Part shown: positions 25,880 to 40,059 of the stretch, in pieces
Layout: every line of letters starts with the position of its first letter
Numbering within the stretch: the stretch's first letter is position 1
Assembly (NCBI GenBank): GCA_002633005.1
Contig: NMRA01000183.1
Span: 692,942 to 756,941, forward strand
DNA from: Phoronis australis
Lineage: Eukaryota; Animalia; Phoronida
Direction: 5' to 3'
Length of the DNA stretch: 64,000 nt
Position numbers and translations under genes: made by a program
Notes under the pieces: model-generated
Told to the model about the DNA's origin: nothing
The model's database searches: none
The model's input: the letters and a program-made list of their open reading frames with translations, nothing else

Positions 25880-26845
25880 ATCGCCTTAATACAATTCTAC
25901 GCTCTGAGTATTTCTTCAAGCCAAAACATGAGCTATTTGGGCCAAAATATTCATGATGCTCTAACTTAAAAACTTTGATCTGACTCGATGACCCCCTATC
26001 AAATGTGGACCACTGTCAGGCCAAAATCCATACCGTATCACTCACAGCAAGAACGTTTGTATAAAGATTCACCAAACAGTTTTTGCAAATTAACTTTAAC
26101 TAGACACCGGTTGAACTACCCATACCGCAACTGCTCAAGACAACACTTGAACATTACATGGCACCATCGTTAGAATCATCGTTGTCACCATTGTCAATAC
26201 CTGGCGATCACGTGTGTCTTGTAAATTTATAACACTCAAATTCCTCATGTAAAATAACGACCAATCTGCACTTACTATAACTATTCTGTCTTTACTTGTA
26301 CTTGCACCTGGAGCACGTGATGTCATCCACTGAATACTTATGGGTGTTTTTGTTCTTTCTAGATATGTAAGTCACACGCTGGAACTCAATGTCGAATTAA
26401 GTTGGGCACGGCGAAGATAATAAGTAAAGAAAACGCCACCAACTTGCTAGTTTTAGCAACTGTGGTATCATTAATTTCATTCTCACAACTTCACCGTTGG
26501 AACACCATGTGTCATCTTAGGCCCGCCAGTACGACTGTAAACAACGGCGGGTATTTTCGATTACATCTAGCCAACCAGTGCAGACAATTATGACATGGCG
26601 CATGCTATTCGCCCTAGCCGCCATGTTCCTTTCATCTCTAAGTCCATGGTCTAATTAGCGGTAAGATTCAATCATTTATAGTAGCCTTAGCACATACGTA
26701 GCATTGTTTACCTATTTTAATCACGCCTATTATACCAGCGACCAATTATTTACCCCCTGTCTGTGTTCTTTAAGGTTACGATCATTCGTAGTTTGATGAC
26801 ATCAATAAACAGTGAAGAAATACCTGCGAGTTCTTTTCTAGTACT

Positions 26846-27138
26846 TAATAATTTTGATTGTTTATTGTGCCCATAGACTCAAAACAATTTTGATTGTTTA
26901 TTGTGCCCATAGACTTATAATAATGTTGATTGTTTATTGTGCCCATAGACTCATAATAATGTTGATTGTTTATTGTGCTCATAGACTCATAATAATGTTG
27001 ATTGTTTATTGTGCCCATATACTCATAATAATTTTGATTGTTTATTGTGCCCATAGACTCATAATGATGTTGATTGTTTATTGTGCCATAGACTCATAAA
27101 TAACAATTTTGATTCTTTATTGTGCCCATAGACTCATA
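26846..27138. repeat. Minisatellite, 36-bp unit ATAATAATGTTGATTGTTTATTGTGCCCATAGACTC, about 8 copies
   Basis: Read directly. Explains the repetitive ORFs 26845-27054 and 26854-27099. Confidence 0.95.
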
Positions 27139-27489
27139 AGTGTATCAGGTGGTGAAAGTGGACAACTAATGTCAGAAATAATAAAACTTAGAGCACAGCT
27201 CGGAAGCGAACCAAGCAGTGGTAACATACCTCTAAGGAAAACATAATTAAAAGGGGAATATATTTTTACTACAAATTCGCCGCGGCCGCAGCCTAACTGT
27301 TCAGCGCCACCGAATGAATGAGTCCCGCGCAGCAGTTGACATCCAAGTCCGTAAGTTCTACAGTGGGACATAAGGTGTACATGCACGAACATCCCGTTTC
27401 GCTCATGGTCTAAACGCAAGACAGAGACAGGGTTTCTTGAGCCAGCATGCAAATACACTGCACATGTACGCCGTTAACGCATGCATAAT

Positions 27490-28472
27490 TGCTGACGTCT
27501 ATTCAAGGCTATGGGAGAAGGCTAGGCTCCCGTCGGGCTCAACTCACCTGTGGACACTTCAGGTGGCGCAGGGTTGCTGCACGAATAACAACACACTCTT
27601 TTCACCCAATCTATACTGCACTTGTTTTGCGCCGCTTTTTGGGCACAGCTGACTCTCCCTCCGTTCTCGGTAAAGGCGTAACTATTAACGCATGGGCTTC
27701 CTGGATAAATTAATAATAGTAATATGACATAACACGCATTGAGATGATAACGCAGGTTACAGTTACAATAGCCTCCTGCAGTCAAACTATCGCGTTCGGT
27801 ACTTTACTTCCCTGAACTTTTAGTAAAAGCTATTAAACTGACAATTCAGTTATCATGTCGATCACTTAAGGTTATAAATTGATCTCAAATTGTGCTCTCT
27901 ATTGGTGCATGGGCTTGAGAACACCTAGAAGTGTGACCTGAAATTTCATGAACTGACGTTTTTGGCTTTTCACTGAGACCAATATCACAGAGTTTCAGGT
28001 TTTACCCGACGTTTAATGAGCTCTTTCCGAGCCCGGAGATCACAATACATGTAAGCTCATAAAGGGACAGAGGAAGGCCAGTTTTTAAACAGTGTGGGGA
28101 CTAAATGGGTTTTTTACAGGATTACGTGGTTTAATTTCGCTTTACAGTAACAGGTCTGCTGAACTTCTGGAACACAAAATACACAAAGCAGAAGACAAAT
28201 TAAATTGCTTCACGTCCATCTGCTGGTTTCAGTTGAGGACGTGGACGTTGATTTCTTCAAGCTCGTCAACCTGTCTCACAGCTAAATATGCATACTAACT
28301 TGTTAATTAAGCAGTTCTTACAGTCGTTCATTGGCGCATTGCAAACACTACGCCGTCACATGATGCATGTTTTTGACTAGTAAACTTCAGAGAAATACGT
28401 CGTGTTATAAAATGATCTTCTAACTCGGAACAATAAAAAGACACATGGCGCCCGTCTAATCGGTGAACTGTC
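27490..28472 (+). repeat. Old interspersed repeat family, copy A
   Basis: Collinear with 29446-30263 (ACGCATGGGC...CTGGATAAA, CTGCAGT.AAACTATCG, AACTTTTAGTAAA, TTTCCGAGCCCGGAGA, TCTTACAGTCGTTCATTGG). Its first 220 bp match the reverse complement of 49374-49577. Confidence 0.8.
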
Positions 28473-29446
28473 CCACAGAAGAGACAGTCAGTTTTGTTGT
28501 TCAAAGGGCCGGTCAGCACCCGTGAACTTCGCTTCTTTAATGGTTGGAAGGGCACTTGTTTCTTTTGGTGATTTAGGATGTTCTGTTGATTTACTGTATC
28601 GACAGTCCGCGTGTAACTTGCATACAGCTGTCACGTCAATTTTGCCGGTTGCCTCTCTGAACACTGGCTGCATTGATGCCATCAGCGTCCTTCTGACGAA
28701 CTTCCACAATATCACTTCTATCGTCAAGCGTGTCCTTGCAAATTGGACAGATGTCTTCATGAATATCACAAGCACCCATTCTTAAAATGTTTCTGGGTGT
28801 CAGTGTAACAATGTTTGTTGAAATTTTGGTGAAAATTACAAACCGAGTTCTGTTTGCTGTTTTGTTTTCTGCTTCTTAAGTGAAATGTCAAAGTGAGACT
28901 GTAAACCCTGTATCACACAACTCTCCGAGGGAAATTTCAGACTGATGTTGGCATTTTGTCCTGGGCTCTTAGTTTCCTTTTGTGGATTTTTTTAATAAAA
29001 ACAAGTGGCAAACAAAAATACACTAGACCGTTTTTGTTGCTTTTACGGCAAGCCAATGCTTCGAATTAAATATTTGACAGCTTAAATACAAATGCATTGT
29101 TCATGTGTTAAGAAAATTCATTCAAAGTCCAGTCATATCAAATACTGGTCAAATCAGAATTTCAACATCATCGGTGAGTTTCTCACATATTAAAACCATG
29201 GACTATAACCAAACACTGTGTCTGTATCAGAATTATTGAAGAAGATATAAACTTGTTTCTAGTAACTTCGAAACGCCATGGCGGCCGTCTTGGAAATGAC
29301 GCAATTTTAACCCTTTTCCGGTAATTAGATTTTGGTAGACATTTTTACTGTTAATTAGTATACAAAGTAGGGTAAAAACCACTCTAAAACCTTTTTTGCA
29401 CTTTGTTGCGGGTGAAGTGGCTATTTGTCAAAATTGAACCGTTTAC
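28473..29446 (-). mobile_element. Academ 5' fragment (terminal region plus N-terminal coding remnant)
   Basis: Minus strand: SVQFAR/ICKDTLDDRSDIVEVRQKDADGINAASVQRG, VTAVCKLHADCR, RSSRVLTGPLNNKTDCLFCG, resembling Academ N-termini. The TIR-like region 29270-29446 has CATGGCGGCCGTCTTGGAAA-type motifs. Recognised from family pattern only. Confidence 0.6.
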
Positions 29447-30263
29447 TTGCTTTGCAGCGCCAGTTGTGCACAGCTCAGTGTCTCTCACCCCGCCACTCTG
29501 CGGAAAGACCTACTTATTCACGCATGGGCCTTTTTCTGGATAAACGAATCAAAATTAAACGACGTGACATGGACAGAGATAATTACGTAGGTTATCATTA
29601 ACATTTGCATACTGCAGTGAAACTATCGTATCCAGTACTTTGCTTCACCAAACTTTTAGTAAAGGGTATGAAAACCCTTAATTCTGTCAGAAGACAATTA
29701 AATTTTCATGTCGACAATTTACGGTTATAAAATTAATCTCAAATTGAGCCGTAACGAAAATAAAATGCATTAATGGGCTTGTGAACAACTAGAAGTGTGA
29801 GATGAAATTTCACGAAATTACACTGGCTTTTCAGACAAATATCAGAGTTTCAGGTTAGGGTTTGAGCTGACATTCCATGAACTGGGAAAACAACAAAACG
29901 TCAGTTTTCCCGAGCCCGGAGAGCAGTGTAAATTGCTTCAGTTACCGATCAAGGCCCTTCACATCCATTCGCTGGTACATGAATCAGTTGAATTGGCGGC
30001 GGGGGCGATTTTGATTTCAAGCTTGCAACCCTGTTACACCGCTAAATATTCATTCGAATCTAAGTACATCAAAGCAGCTCTTACAGTCGTTCATTGGTTC
30101 AGTGTAAATACTACGTCATCAGGTAACGCATACATGTATTTGTGGTAAATTTCAGATAAACATGTAATGTTCTAAAGTGATATTCTAACACAGCATCACA
30201 TTTCCGTCTATTTCTATGTAAGGAGTAAAAACAGAGATGGCGAGCATCTATTCGGTTTACTGT
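29446..30263 (+). repeat. Old interspersed repeat family, copy B
   Basis: Diverged direct repeat of ~27620-28472. Confidence 0.8.
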
Positions 30264-33200
30264 GAATTTGAATTTGATGAAGTTTAAAATCTGTCGTCGT
30301 AAAATCTAACCACTACCATGGATGTATATTATGTGCATTTTTGGGAAGTTCCTAAAACACACAGCAGTCAGATGACGCAAGTCCAGAAAAAGGAATATGT
30401 TATTATGGATACTCTATAATCTACTTCCACCAACAATGGTTGGTGAGGTGCGTTTAATTTTGAACAGTAAACAAATTAGCATGCAATATTCGAATACGCC
30501 AATCTACCGCCAATGGCCTCTCAAGGCAGTGCTAATTCTTACATGTACCTACCTTTTCTCACAACATTGACATCGATACCCGACGCCACTAACGATGCGG
30601 CACCGACCAAAAAGCACAACAATAAGGTCTTCATCGCAAGCGGCTCGATCAATTAAATGTGAGCAAACTCAATAGCGCACAAAGTAGAATTGATGGAGGG
30701 CTGTTTTATATACTGTTCTAAGGTGGTTTCGTCACCCAAGACGCCGGCAAAGGGCAGTTCTGACATGTCTGTCAAGCTAACAAGTCCAGCCAGTCACGGT
30801 GCAGGAACTAGTATGAGAAAAGACAGTCCGCCTTCTTTGTTCCAAGCATATAGGTAGAGAATAAATAGAAGGCGTAAAGATTAATTAAATAGTACGTTGA
30901 CTTATTTTGTACTCTTTCCATTTGCTTAGTAAGAGCAACAATGTTTAAAGGTACCTGCTGACCAATTTCTTTACGAGATGTAGGTGCACCGCCCACATCT
31001 GACGTGTGTGGCATTCCATAAACGAGCAACTGATGTGAGTCGCCTTTGGCAAAACGACGCCAGGTTGGTAGCCGTCCATGGAGAAGGAAAAAAGGAAAAA
31101 AAACTGTCATCTGATATCACATTTGGGTTTTAATCATGTGTTATTGTTTAAAAGTAATGAGCATTAGTAGTTGCATATCTGGATTCGTTACCCACATGAT
31201 TGTAGATCTTATCAACAGCACAGTGCTTGTCACAATTTTGAAAACGCATGCATGATTCATTGACACGTTTTACTTATGCAAATCACACGCCAGACAAACA
31301 GTTCTTGTCACGTGAATCACGCACTGGCATGATCGTTATAAACTATGGTTCTCAAGACCGCGATTAAATATATCTTTTTTTTAAAAAAATAGGCATAAAC
31401 GTACTGCATCATACGACAGAGCGCGGAGACTGCGTTGGGGAAAAGAACGACCACTTCTACATAAGGAAATGGCACATAGTCTTTTTTCATTGAATATATT
31501 TATTTACCCAGAAATCGTGATATGAATGAATACGGTTGGGGTTGGGTGGTCCCAGCTACATGTACATGTCCTTGCAATGTACAATGCATAATACAGAAAA
31601 AATAAGTAATTTGATAAGGCAAACACATTGGTTGTGCGCACAAATGACATGAGTTTACTGTAGAAGAGTGGTAGAGGACAGTTCAAAGAGAAGGATTTTC
31701 CAACACCCAGTCACACACATCCATTCACTTGATTTAAGTTAACTTTTATTTGCCTTTACATAAACTTATCTACATAAAAATAGTCATATTTACGCCGTTA
31801 CGGTGAAGAAATAAATGCCAGCACTTGTATGGAAAGGATAATTGTTCTATTCGTATTAAACAGACACCATTAAAATCCTCCACTGATCAAGTACAACAAA
31901 CGTTCACTGTCGCATAACAGCGTACATTTAAAATTATCATAATATTGTCTCGATGCCGCATAAATGAATAATTGAGAATGGGTATAATATTAAAGACTTC
32001 ATTAAGTTTGTCAAAGCAGCATTCTCAAAAGTGATCTGCATACGATTCAATAAGCAATGTAAAACACTTAATCTGTGAATTGCGTAAGGAATCCCGGAAA
32101 CGTTTTAAACAGAAGCAGCTGTAAAATTCTGAAAATTTTACACCCAACAGAGAACGGACATTGGTCGCTATGTTTGAATAAAATCTGTTGTAGATTGAAA
32201 TTGTGTAAATGTTGTCAAATGCGGGTTTATTGGTAGTAATTGAAACACGCATAGAATTATTTGGTTTTACATAAAGCTTTTGTAAAAACGTGTTTATGCC
32301 GTGAATTGAATAATTTAATAAATGAAATAAAATGGCATTACTACTAACAAATTTTCTATCACTTTCACGTGTGACTTTCCTCAAGGTGACGTCGGAAACG
32401 AATAAAATGATGAGAAAGAAGAATCCTTCACGTCATAATTTCTCTTGATACATGTATATCTCCTTTAAGAATTAAGTTATCTAAAAAGGCAACACGAAAT
32501 ATTGGGCCTCTGTTGTACATGTTTGGCTTGGTAAAATAATGATTTAATTTAATGTTTAATTGAAATTGTTACACAACACTTTTTAACTATGGGAACTTGA
32601 CTAAATATTTTAGGATTGAGTTGTCCAAATTTGTCAGAATATCGTCATAAAAAGGTTTTAATTTCGCATGCTTTCGCTTTCAGACGAAAATTGAAAGAAA
32701 AAATGAGTTCACCGCTTACACACAGTTATTAGTACTTTATTGTAAGGTCGTCTCGTGTATTTGGCCAAACTCCGAAAATTGCCACTAGGACGCGTCACAG
32801 TAGTTCAAGTCGAAAAATCATCGCCAACCGTCCACTTCACACTAACAACCACCCTAGTTAAAGAGATTTGGTTGATAGAGGGGCAGACGCAAGAAACATA
32901 TAACAAAACGGTAAAAATGGAAACTAGATGGCACAAGATACGTCAAATCTATCCAAAAACAGGAGCATGTCATCGTTACAGCCGCATCAAAATTTAAATT
33001 TTGAGACAAACTGCGACAAAAGTTCGATGCATTACTTTGAGTTCAGGACCATTGTCACAAGGGATGATACATATATTTTCACGGCCCCTGCTTAGCTAGC
33101 CTACCTCCCTACTTGAGGAGTGTAATGTTTTTGTTATCTATGCACTTGTAATGATAGCTTTCATGCTACATGAATACGCCATTTTTCATGACAACAAGAA

Positions 33201-35699
33201 TTTTCATCTAAGACTATGTGGTCACGTAACCTGTAATTTCACGTATACCCCTCGGGGGCCGCTTCGGTTGCTCGTCGGCTAATATATTAGACGGGCGCAA
33301 GGAATACACCAGTTATAGAGAATCAGGCTATGTTTACCCAGAGTAAAACATTATTGCTCCAGCTATCGGTATTTAAAAAAACAAAGAACCGCACTAGCGC
33401 TAGGTTCTGCACTAACAGGTTGTCAGCATTACATTCAGGACAAAACATTTAACATTCACAACCTACTGTAGCTTGCAAAAAACACTGACCAACATCATAC
33501 GAAAGGTATTTGTCTGGATTTACCAAGTATACTGTTACAGTGACTAAAGAAGAAGCCTCTCCTGAAGCTCAGTTGGTTTCCTAAAACCGCTTTAAGGTGG
33601 TTATGTGGTAACATCATTGTTAAGATCTATTGGACTATTTGCACCAACCATTATGTCTCCGACCATCACCATCTTTGACAGGATTCTTCGAATAGGGCAA
33701 GCGTGGTGTATGGTACACCCAAGGCAGTCAGCAGTGGTGTCGTAGATGGACTACTGATAATTTAAAGGTCCCCAGTTTGTTGCCAGTTTGCACCAAGAAA
33801 ATGTAAAAATGCTTACCATCTGATGAGTGTACCATACACCGGTGCCTGTTCTCAGTCCTAAGAACGTTGGAATGCACGAGGGTGACCTTAGAAATAACCA
33901 ACAAAATGCGTGTTAGTGCCGGAGAACACACGGAAGAAGGGAACATGGGTTAAGTAGGATAGGGGAAATGAGGAGCGGACCACAGCAGTTCGAGACCCTG
34001 ACTAGAACTTTTGTCGACCGCTTGCGTGACCTATTCGCCCATCATACGTGTGCGCGTGTTGGAAGATCACAATGCTTAATAAAAGCAGCTTGGCAATCCA
34101 TATGAACAGACTTACAACTTATTACAGATTGACAACCTGTAATAACAAATTAGTAATCCGAATTACAGATTTCATAGTTTTCGTTTTTTCTTAGCACTTA
34201 TAGACCGACGTAACTAAGTTTGCAAGTGATAGTTAAGATCCATAACCGAACACGAGTGTCGTTTTGGTCCCTCAAATTATCCTAGTTTCATTTACTGGAT
34301 TGTTGGTGTGCATTCTCCGAACTTTAAATTTTTTCCCCTAGATCTTTGCAAATATAAAAATGGCGCCGATTTACCAATACTTGTTGTACAAAATGGAGGT
34401 TGTCGTTGTATTAACATGTTCCGGCGCCATGACTGGCTGAACTTACGATCTTGATTGACATAAAGAAATACCCAATGTCGACGTGTTTTGTGTGACGAAA
34501 CCAAATTTGAACAGCATATAAAACGAACTCCAAACCAGCTCGACACTGCATGCTAACGACCCTTCTTTACCTCAGATCAAACAGCGGGCGATGGAGACAT
34601 TATTTCTGTGGTTTTTTGCCGGTGCCGCAGCATTTGGGGTGTCTGGTCTCACTCGGATAGAGATTATACAGGGTAAGTAGGGATAAACACTGTCACAGGA
34701 GGGCATTTGTGGTAGATTGTCAAAGTTGAACATTAAATACTCATAAGAACAATCAAGCTCTTCAGTGTTCATAATTGTCTAAAACGTTTCCACCGAATAT
34801 GTCGGATACAAATCATCGATTATTAATTATCTCTTTCTCTGGGCTCGTAGCAAGGGTTCTTGGTGTTTTAAGGCACTGTCCCATAATGCCAGTTCATCAA
34901 CATTCAGATGGGTGGTTAGATGACTTGATCACCTCCAGACAGACATCAAACAGACTTAAACTTCATAGAATGCGTTGCACGTTCCATTTTTTATTTGGTT
35001 TCATAGAAAGCGACCTATACATGTTGCTAAGTTACTGGATCATTTCAGAAAATTATGCGAATCTGTGAAATCTGACTATCAAAATTTGAACGAGGTGACG
35101 ACGTATTGTTGACAATGAGCCCGTGAATGGCCATTTAGGATTTCACGTTGATAATGATTCATGCTAAACAAAGGTAGCTGCTCTTAAATATAAATTAGAT
35201 TTCTCTCTGAAACGAGGCTTGAACAGCATGAAAGAGTGCATGCGTACCAAGGTTTGTTCAAGCACCACATTAGCCGATTAAAAACACTTTCTTTTTGAAT
35301 AAGTATGTATATATACATTGCCAAAATATAATTTTTTGTAGTGTTCTTAACTGGTGATTCGTATTTCTAAAATTATTAGTGTTCCAACAGTGAACGGTGA
35401 AAGGTCGTCTCTAACTTCATGGTACATGTAAAGGGGTTGTGTTCTACGGTCATCAGGGTTCGTAAAAGACTACCGAGAAAATGATGTTTCGTTAGATCAT
35501 TGCTCCTTGTCTCGTTCTCTCTTGTAAATATTGAAACAAGGGGGTGTAAGCATTTTTCCTTCAATCTATATGTTTGTATCCCTGAGCTGGTAGGAATTGC
35601 TCTAGAAAAACGATTTCACTTCAATCCACTTACGTTCTGATTTGAGGCCAACCCAACACGAAACTTGAATGGACTTAACATGTAGCGCTGTAAGAATGC

Positions 35700-36300
35700 A
35701 CGGTTCGAAACGTTTTGTAAATTGCATTCACTATGTGTTGCGGACGATTAAAAAGCTCAGTCAAATAAGCCACGTACTTGAACCAGAATCTACTTGTCCA
35801 AGAAGCTTGAGAACGCACTGGTCTTGAGATATGCTCACTAAGGATTTCCAATAAAGTGCAAATCTCCACAAATCAGTTATCGCATCTCTTTCGGAAAAGA
35901 GTGAAGAAGCAGCCTCCCCAACGCGTTGTGGGAACACGACTTGAAGAGTTCATTGGCGTCTTCGGTGGCTTGTTGGAGGTTTCCACTTCCAAACAACGTG
36001 AGCTACGGACAACTTTGTCGAGTAGAAATGACTAGTTATTCACGATAGCTAGCTCACTTCAGCTTGAACATTGCACGAAAAGGAAACCAGTGACGAGTTG
36101 AGCACAAGCGTTCTAAAATAACCTTGTTGAGGACGACTGAAGCATCAGCTACATTGTCCTTCTTCAGAGTTCCTGGCCATGTAGTTTAGATGTTCAGTCT
36201 AATCTTCTGGACAAAATCTTCGGTTCGCCGCAATGACGATGTCGGGCCCCATAGATTTACTTTGAGTTCCACTGGACTGGGTCATGCCTGGCACCTTACG
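35700..36300 (-). mobile_element. Possible highly decayed DIRS-like retroelement fragment
   Basis: Minus-strand DASVVLNKVILERLCSTRHWFPFR...SYRE*L...LTLFGSGNLQQATEDANELFK resembles DIRS gag-like (DA..LL...RR...Y..L...LFG..L). The downstream SQASWTS...YL resembles a tyrosine-recombinase C-terminus. Weak. Confidence 0.3.
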
Positions 36301-39063
36301 GTGTCAAAGGTAGGGCACCTAGTCCACAGTAATTGCTCAGACCATCGATTACAGACCCTTCCCAGGTAAAAATTGACCGTCGGGTGATCAACGAACACAA
36401 TAGCCCGTTGAATTCAGTCTAGCTGTTTGGGCTGCTTGTTCACATATATAATCCTTTAATGACTCCTCTTTATGCCCTACAAATACGACCCTGTCGACAA
36501 TTGGCAGAAAAATAACGTTTATTTAAAAATATACCTGCTTAACCGCATTTTTCACAAAATATATGCATTTTAGAATTTTAAATTTCTTCTTGGGTCAGAA
36601 AAAACGTTTTATCGAATAGCAACTGAGACCTTGTTTTAGGCTTAGGTATACATTCGTCGTTTTCCGAAGTAAACATTCCCACGTGTTTCAGCCGCACATG
36701 TAGTTCCCGTGATGTCTGAGCAGGAAGTCCTATCCTATGCGATGGCGGATTTTTTCAAATAGGTGACAAGTGTCAAGCTGTGAAAGTGTGTGGCCACAGG
36801 GCAGACGCCGACCATGGCTGATCGTGCAAGCACCGTTTCGTTATGTTTACCGACTGGACTGGACACACAACTCGAAAGAGAGGTGGACGCAAGTGAAATT
36901 CGACAACTTCCTCTATCCAAAGCTCAAGCGGTTAGAGTAAGTACTAAAGTAGACAGTGATAGGATAAAATCAAATAAATAGTGTGTATTTTTAAGTATTG
37001 TCATGAGTCAAAATAAGTTGAATTGCATGTAAACCGTAGCCTTTCCAGTAGTATTGGTTGTATCCCACAAGATCACTCCCTTGCAAGTAGCCCCCTAGGC
37101 AACACGTAGCTCTAGGCTGGCTTGCGTTCGATTTCTGAACTTATTTCGTCCGGTGTATTTTTAACGGGTGGTGGGAGAAATCTGCTTTACCACCAAAAGG
37201 TTTCCATCTCGTCAACACTGCATTTCATTACGAGTTTTGGTAGTGAAAGACCAGCACAAAAATGCGCCCCTAATTTTCGGGTTGGTCGAAATTCCAATTG
37301 CTTTTATTTGGCGCCGGTAACATGCACTTTCACTCTAATACACACGAGCTGATGGCGTTAAGATAAGAGTTGCCTACTTTTTCGCTCTTCTAATGAATTT
37401 AAACTAATAGAAAATTTGAAATCTTCATAAATTTTTTACCTCCGTACGTGCTCTCTCCCTAAATATCGGTGAAGTTTTAACTGAGTTGCTTCGGTCAGAT
37501 CAGCCGTGTTTGAAGTAACGTTTATTATTACTACGCGGTAAAGCGGTTTCCTTTGTTTTGAATTTTGCATCTGTTAAGAATTTAATTTACACAGAAATTA
37601 TCGTGGAATATCAGTAAACCTGAGTTAAAATTCCTGAGAAATTAACAATTTTCACGAATTTATGAATCCCCAACGGTCTAATTTGCGCAGTATTCTAAGT
37701 AATCCGTTCTCGTGGTTGTCGTAAGCACATGCGAACTGTAAAGTTTCGTCGTTTTTGTCGTTTCAAAATAAGAGCGACATATATTTTTGTCGTAAAGCGA
37801 AAATTCCGATAAACATCGACGCTAATCTCATGACAAGAGTTAATGATTTTTGACGGAAGTCATAGCAAAAATCCGCAAGGAAGTTGGACGAAAAATGACA
37901 CTAAAATTATTGAAAATTAACCAAAATTTTTGCTTCAAAATTCCATCTATTTTCCATGAGAATTATCAGTGCTGATCGGCGGTTCGACCGCGACATAGAT
38001 ATTTGGTGGTTACACCATAAACAAAATAGCATGTGGTACAAGTTCTGTGTCAGCATAGATTATAGTCTATGGTGTCAGTGTTCGGTAAAAACGAAATGTA
38101 GAAAGAGTATATTGGAGCGATCGAACGTTATAAACAACATGTACATTATTATGTGACTCCATTGCGCTTTTCCTGAACCTTCTAGTTCTGTATAGATTGG
38201 GTTAACTAAACGGACTTGTCCAAAATACTGCTGCATTGTATAAACTTAGTACCGCCAAAAAGTTTTATATATGAATGTTGTGTTGACGTTCGAGGTATCT
38301 CACCATTCACTTTAAAGTAGTTCCATTGCCACACCTGGCGTAATTAACATGTTTATTGCTCCCGCAGCCCAGTGGGTAATAAGCTATTGAAATCACTCAT
38401 AAAAGCGTCTCAAGTCTATATTCCCTGTAATCCCTGGGTTTCTATCGCGTTCATTTCACGTTATGCACACTTAAAATTATCACTTAAAAAGCGCTTACTT
38501 TCTTCAGCGATCCTTTCTGGTTCTGTGCATATCTTTCATGGAGGGAATTAATATGGCTTTGGCGAAGAATTCGAACAATTCGAAGAACTCCACATTTTAG
38601 TCACCGTTAACTTTTTCATCGAGCGATAACCACAAACAGTTTCAGCAGTTAGGCAAGGACTAGCACGAGGCTGAGCGAAGCGCGAGACCTGGCACGAGAC
38701 ACTTGCAAAATAGCTTCGGAAGATATCAGGGTGAACTTTTAAGATTCGTGTTCCTTGGACAATTTGCTGTGGACAGGCGTGATTTCGCATAACTTCCTCA
38801 GCATTCAGGACGATGTAATTGCCTTGTGTGATCAACGCCTAATAGATTTTCATCGGCTCCAATAATTAAGTTCAAAAGTGATGAAACCATTACATTAAAA
38901 TTACTCATTGTAAGCGATCACGGTTATTTTGAAGCAGAATGTGTGGTGAGGTTGTACATGTATGTATTAATTATGATTTGCAACAGCTGGGAATCCGCAT
39001 TTTTTTCTTGTGAGATTTGATCGCGTACCATATTCTTTGGGTATTGAAAAGGTTTTGTGGTCC

Positions 39064-40059
39064 CAGTGGTGGATCTAGGATATCACAAGCGGGGGCCCAA
39101 CATTTTGTCTGTAAACATTTGCGCCAAGCACGATTGTGGATGCGCATAGCACCGGATGGGGGTGGTCGGGAGGGGGGTTTGCCCCCCCCTCCGGCCCAGG
39201 AAAAAATTTCTGTTTTTCTTCTAAAAATCAACCATTTTCCTTGATTCCTGAAGTATTATCCAGATCAAAAAAATCACGGAGAACGTGTCAAACTTGAAAA
39301 ACTGCAACAACCAGTGACTCGAACTCCGGACCTAGAGGATAGAGCGCGCGTGCTTTACACTAAACCACCACGATTCTACTCGTAATGTGATACTAAGAGA
39401 CCTATTTGTTTATGGTCCACAGCGTTTGCACGCGAAACCTACTTCTTTTTGTAATGCCTATTACACGTTTTATATTTTATGCAATCAGTTCGTAACAAAT
39501 TTGTTGTATTTAAAATAGTCTTCAATTACCAAAAGACCAAATCCGTTTCTGTGTTGGCATTAATGACGCATTGCTTTGGAAATCGTCTTAAGTTAAGGTT
39601 TGACAAAGAACGAATTATGAGTTTCTGAGTGATTCATTAAGGCTTCGATTAAAATTCACATCTTACCAACAGCTTCTGTTTTTTCATCGTCACTCAGATT
39701 CCATTTCCTTTAAAAAATGCAGTAATTTTCTTTATTGCACTGTGAAGAAGACTTCGGAAACGGAGTCGTAGTGCGCAGCGCCACTGCCGGTCGCCTGGGA
39801 TATCGCGAGAGAGCCTGTACATACATGTAGCCATAGTTCCGTTACGATTGCACCGTGTACCGAATTTGGCACTTGGAATTGGATCTTGGACCCCCCCCCC
39901 CAATACACTAAATCTTGTTCCAGCCGTATAATTTTAATTACTGGGGTTAATTAATCCACTCAACATTTCCCTACGCTCTTGCTGCTTTAATTTCATCTCT
40001 CTTGCGGCAGCCAAGGGTGGGGGGGCGGGCCCTATGCCTCCCCCCTGAATCCGCCTATG
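39064..40059. mobile_element. Non-autonomous CAG/CAT-terminated element with 5-bp TSD (hAT5-like MITE)
   Basis: Termini CAGTGGTGGATCTAGG and CCTGAATCCGCCTATG (reverse complement CATAGGCGGATTCAGG). TSD GGTCC at 39059-39063 and 40060-40064. G/C-run subterminal motifs. Confidence 0.8.
39308..39375 (-). other. tRNA-derived fragment (SINE head or tRNA pseudogene)
   Basis: Minus strand has A-box-like TGGTTTAGTG and B-box-like GGAGTTCGAGTC at tRNA spacing. No convincing full cloverleaf. Confidence 0.55.

Noticed and set aside
26845-27099. Repeat-protein ORFs (also 46846-47118 and 62074-62440)
   Set aside because: Artefacts of minisatellite units whose length is a multiple of 3.
27620-30263. LTR retrotransposon with paired LTRs
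   Set aside because: No TG...CA ends, PBS or PPT. The interior is an Academ fragment, not gag/pol.
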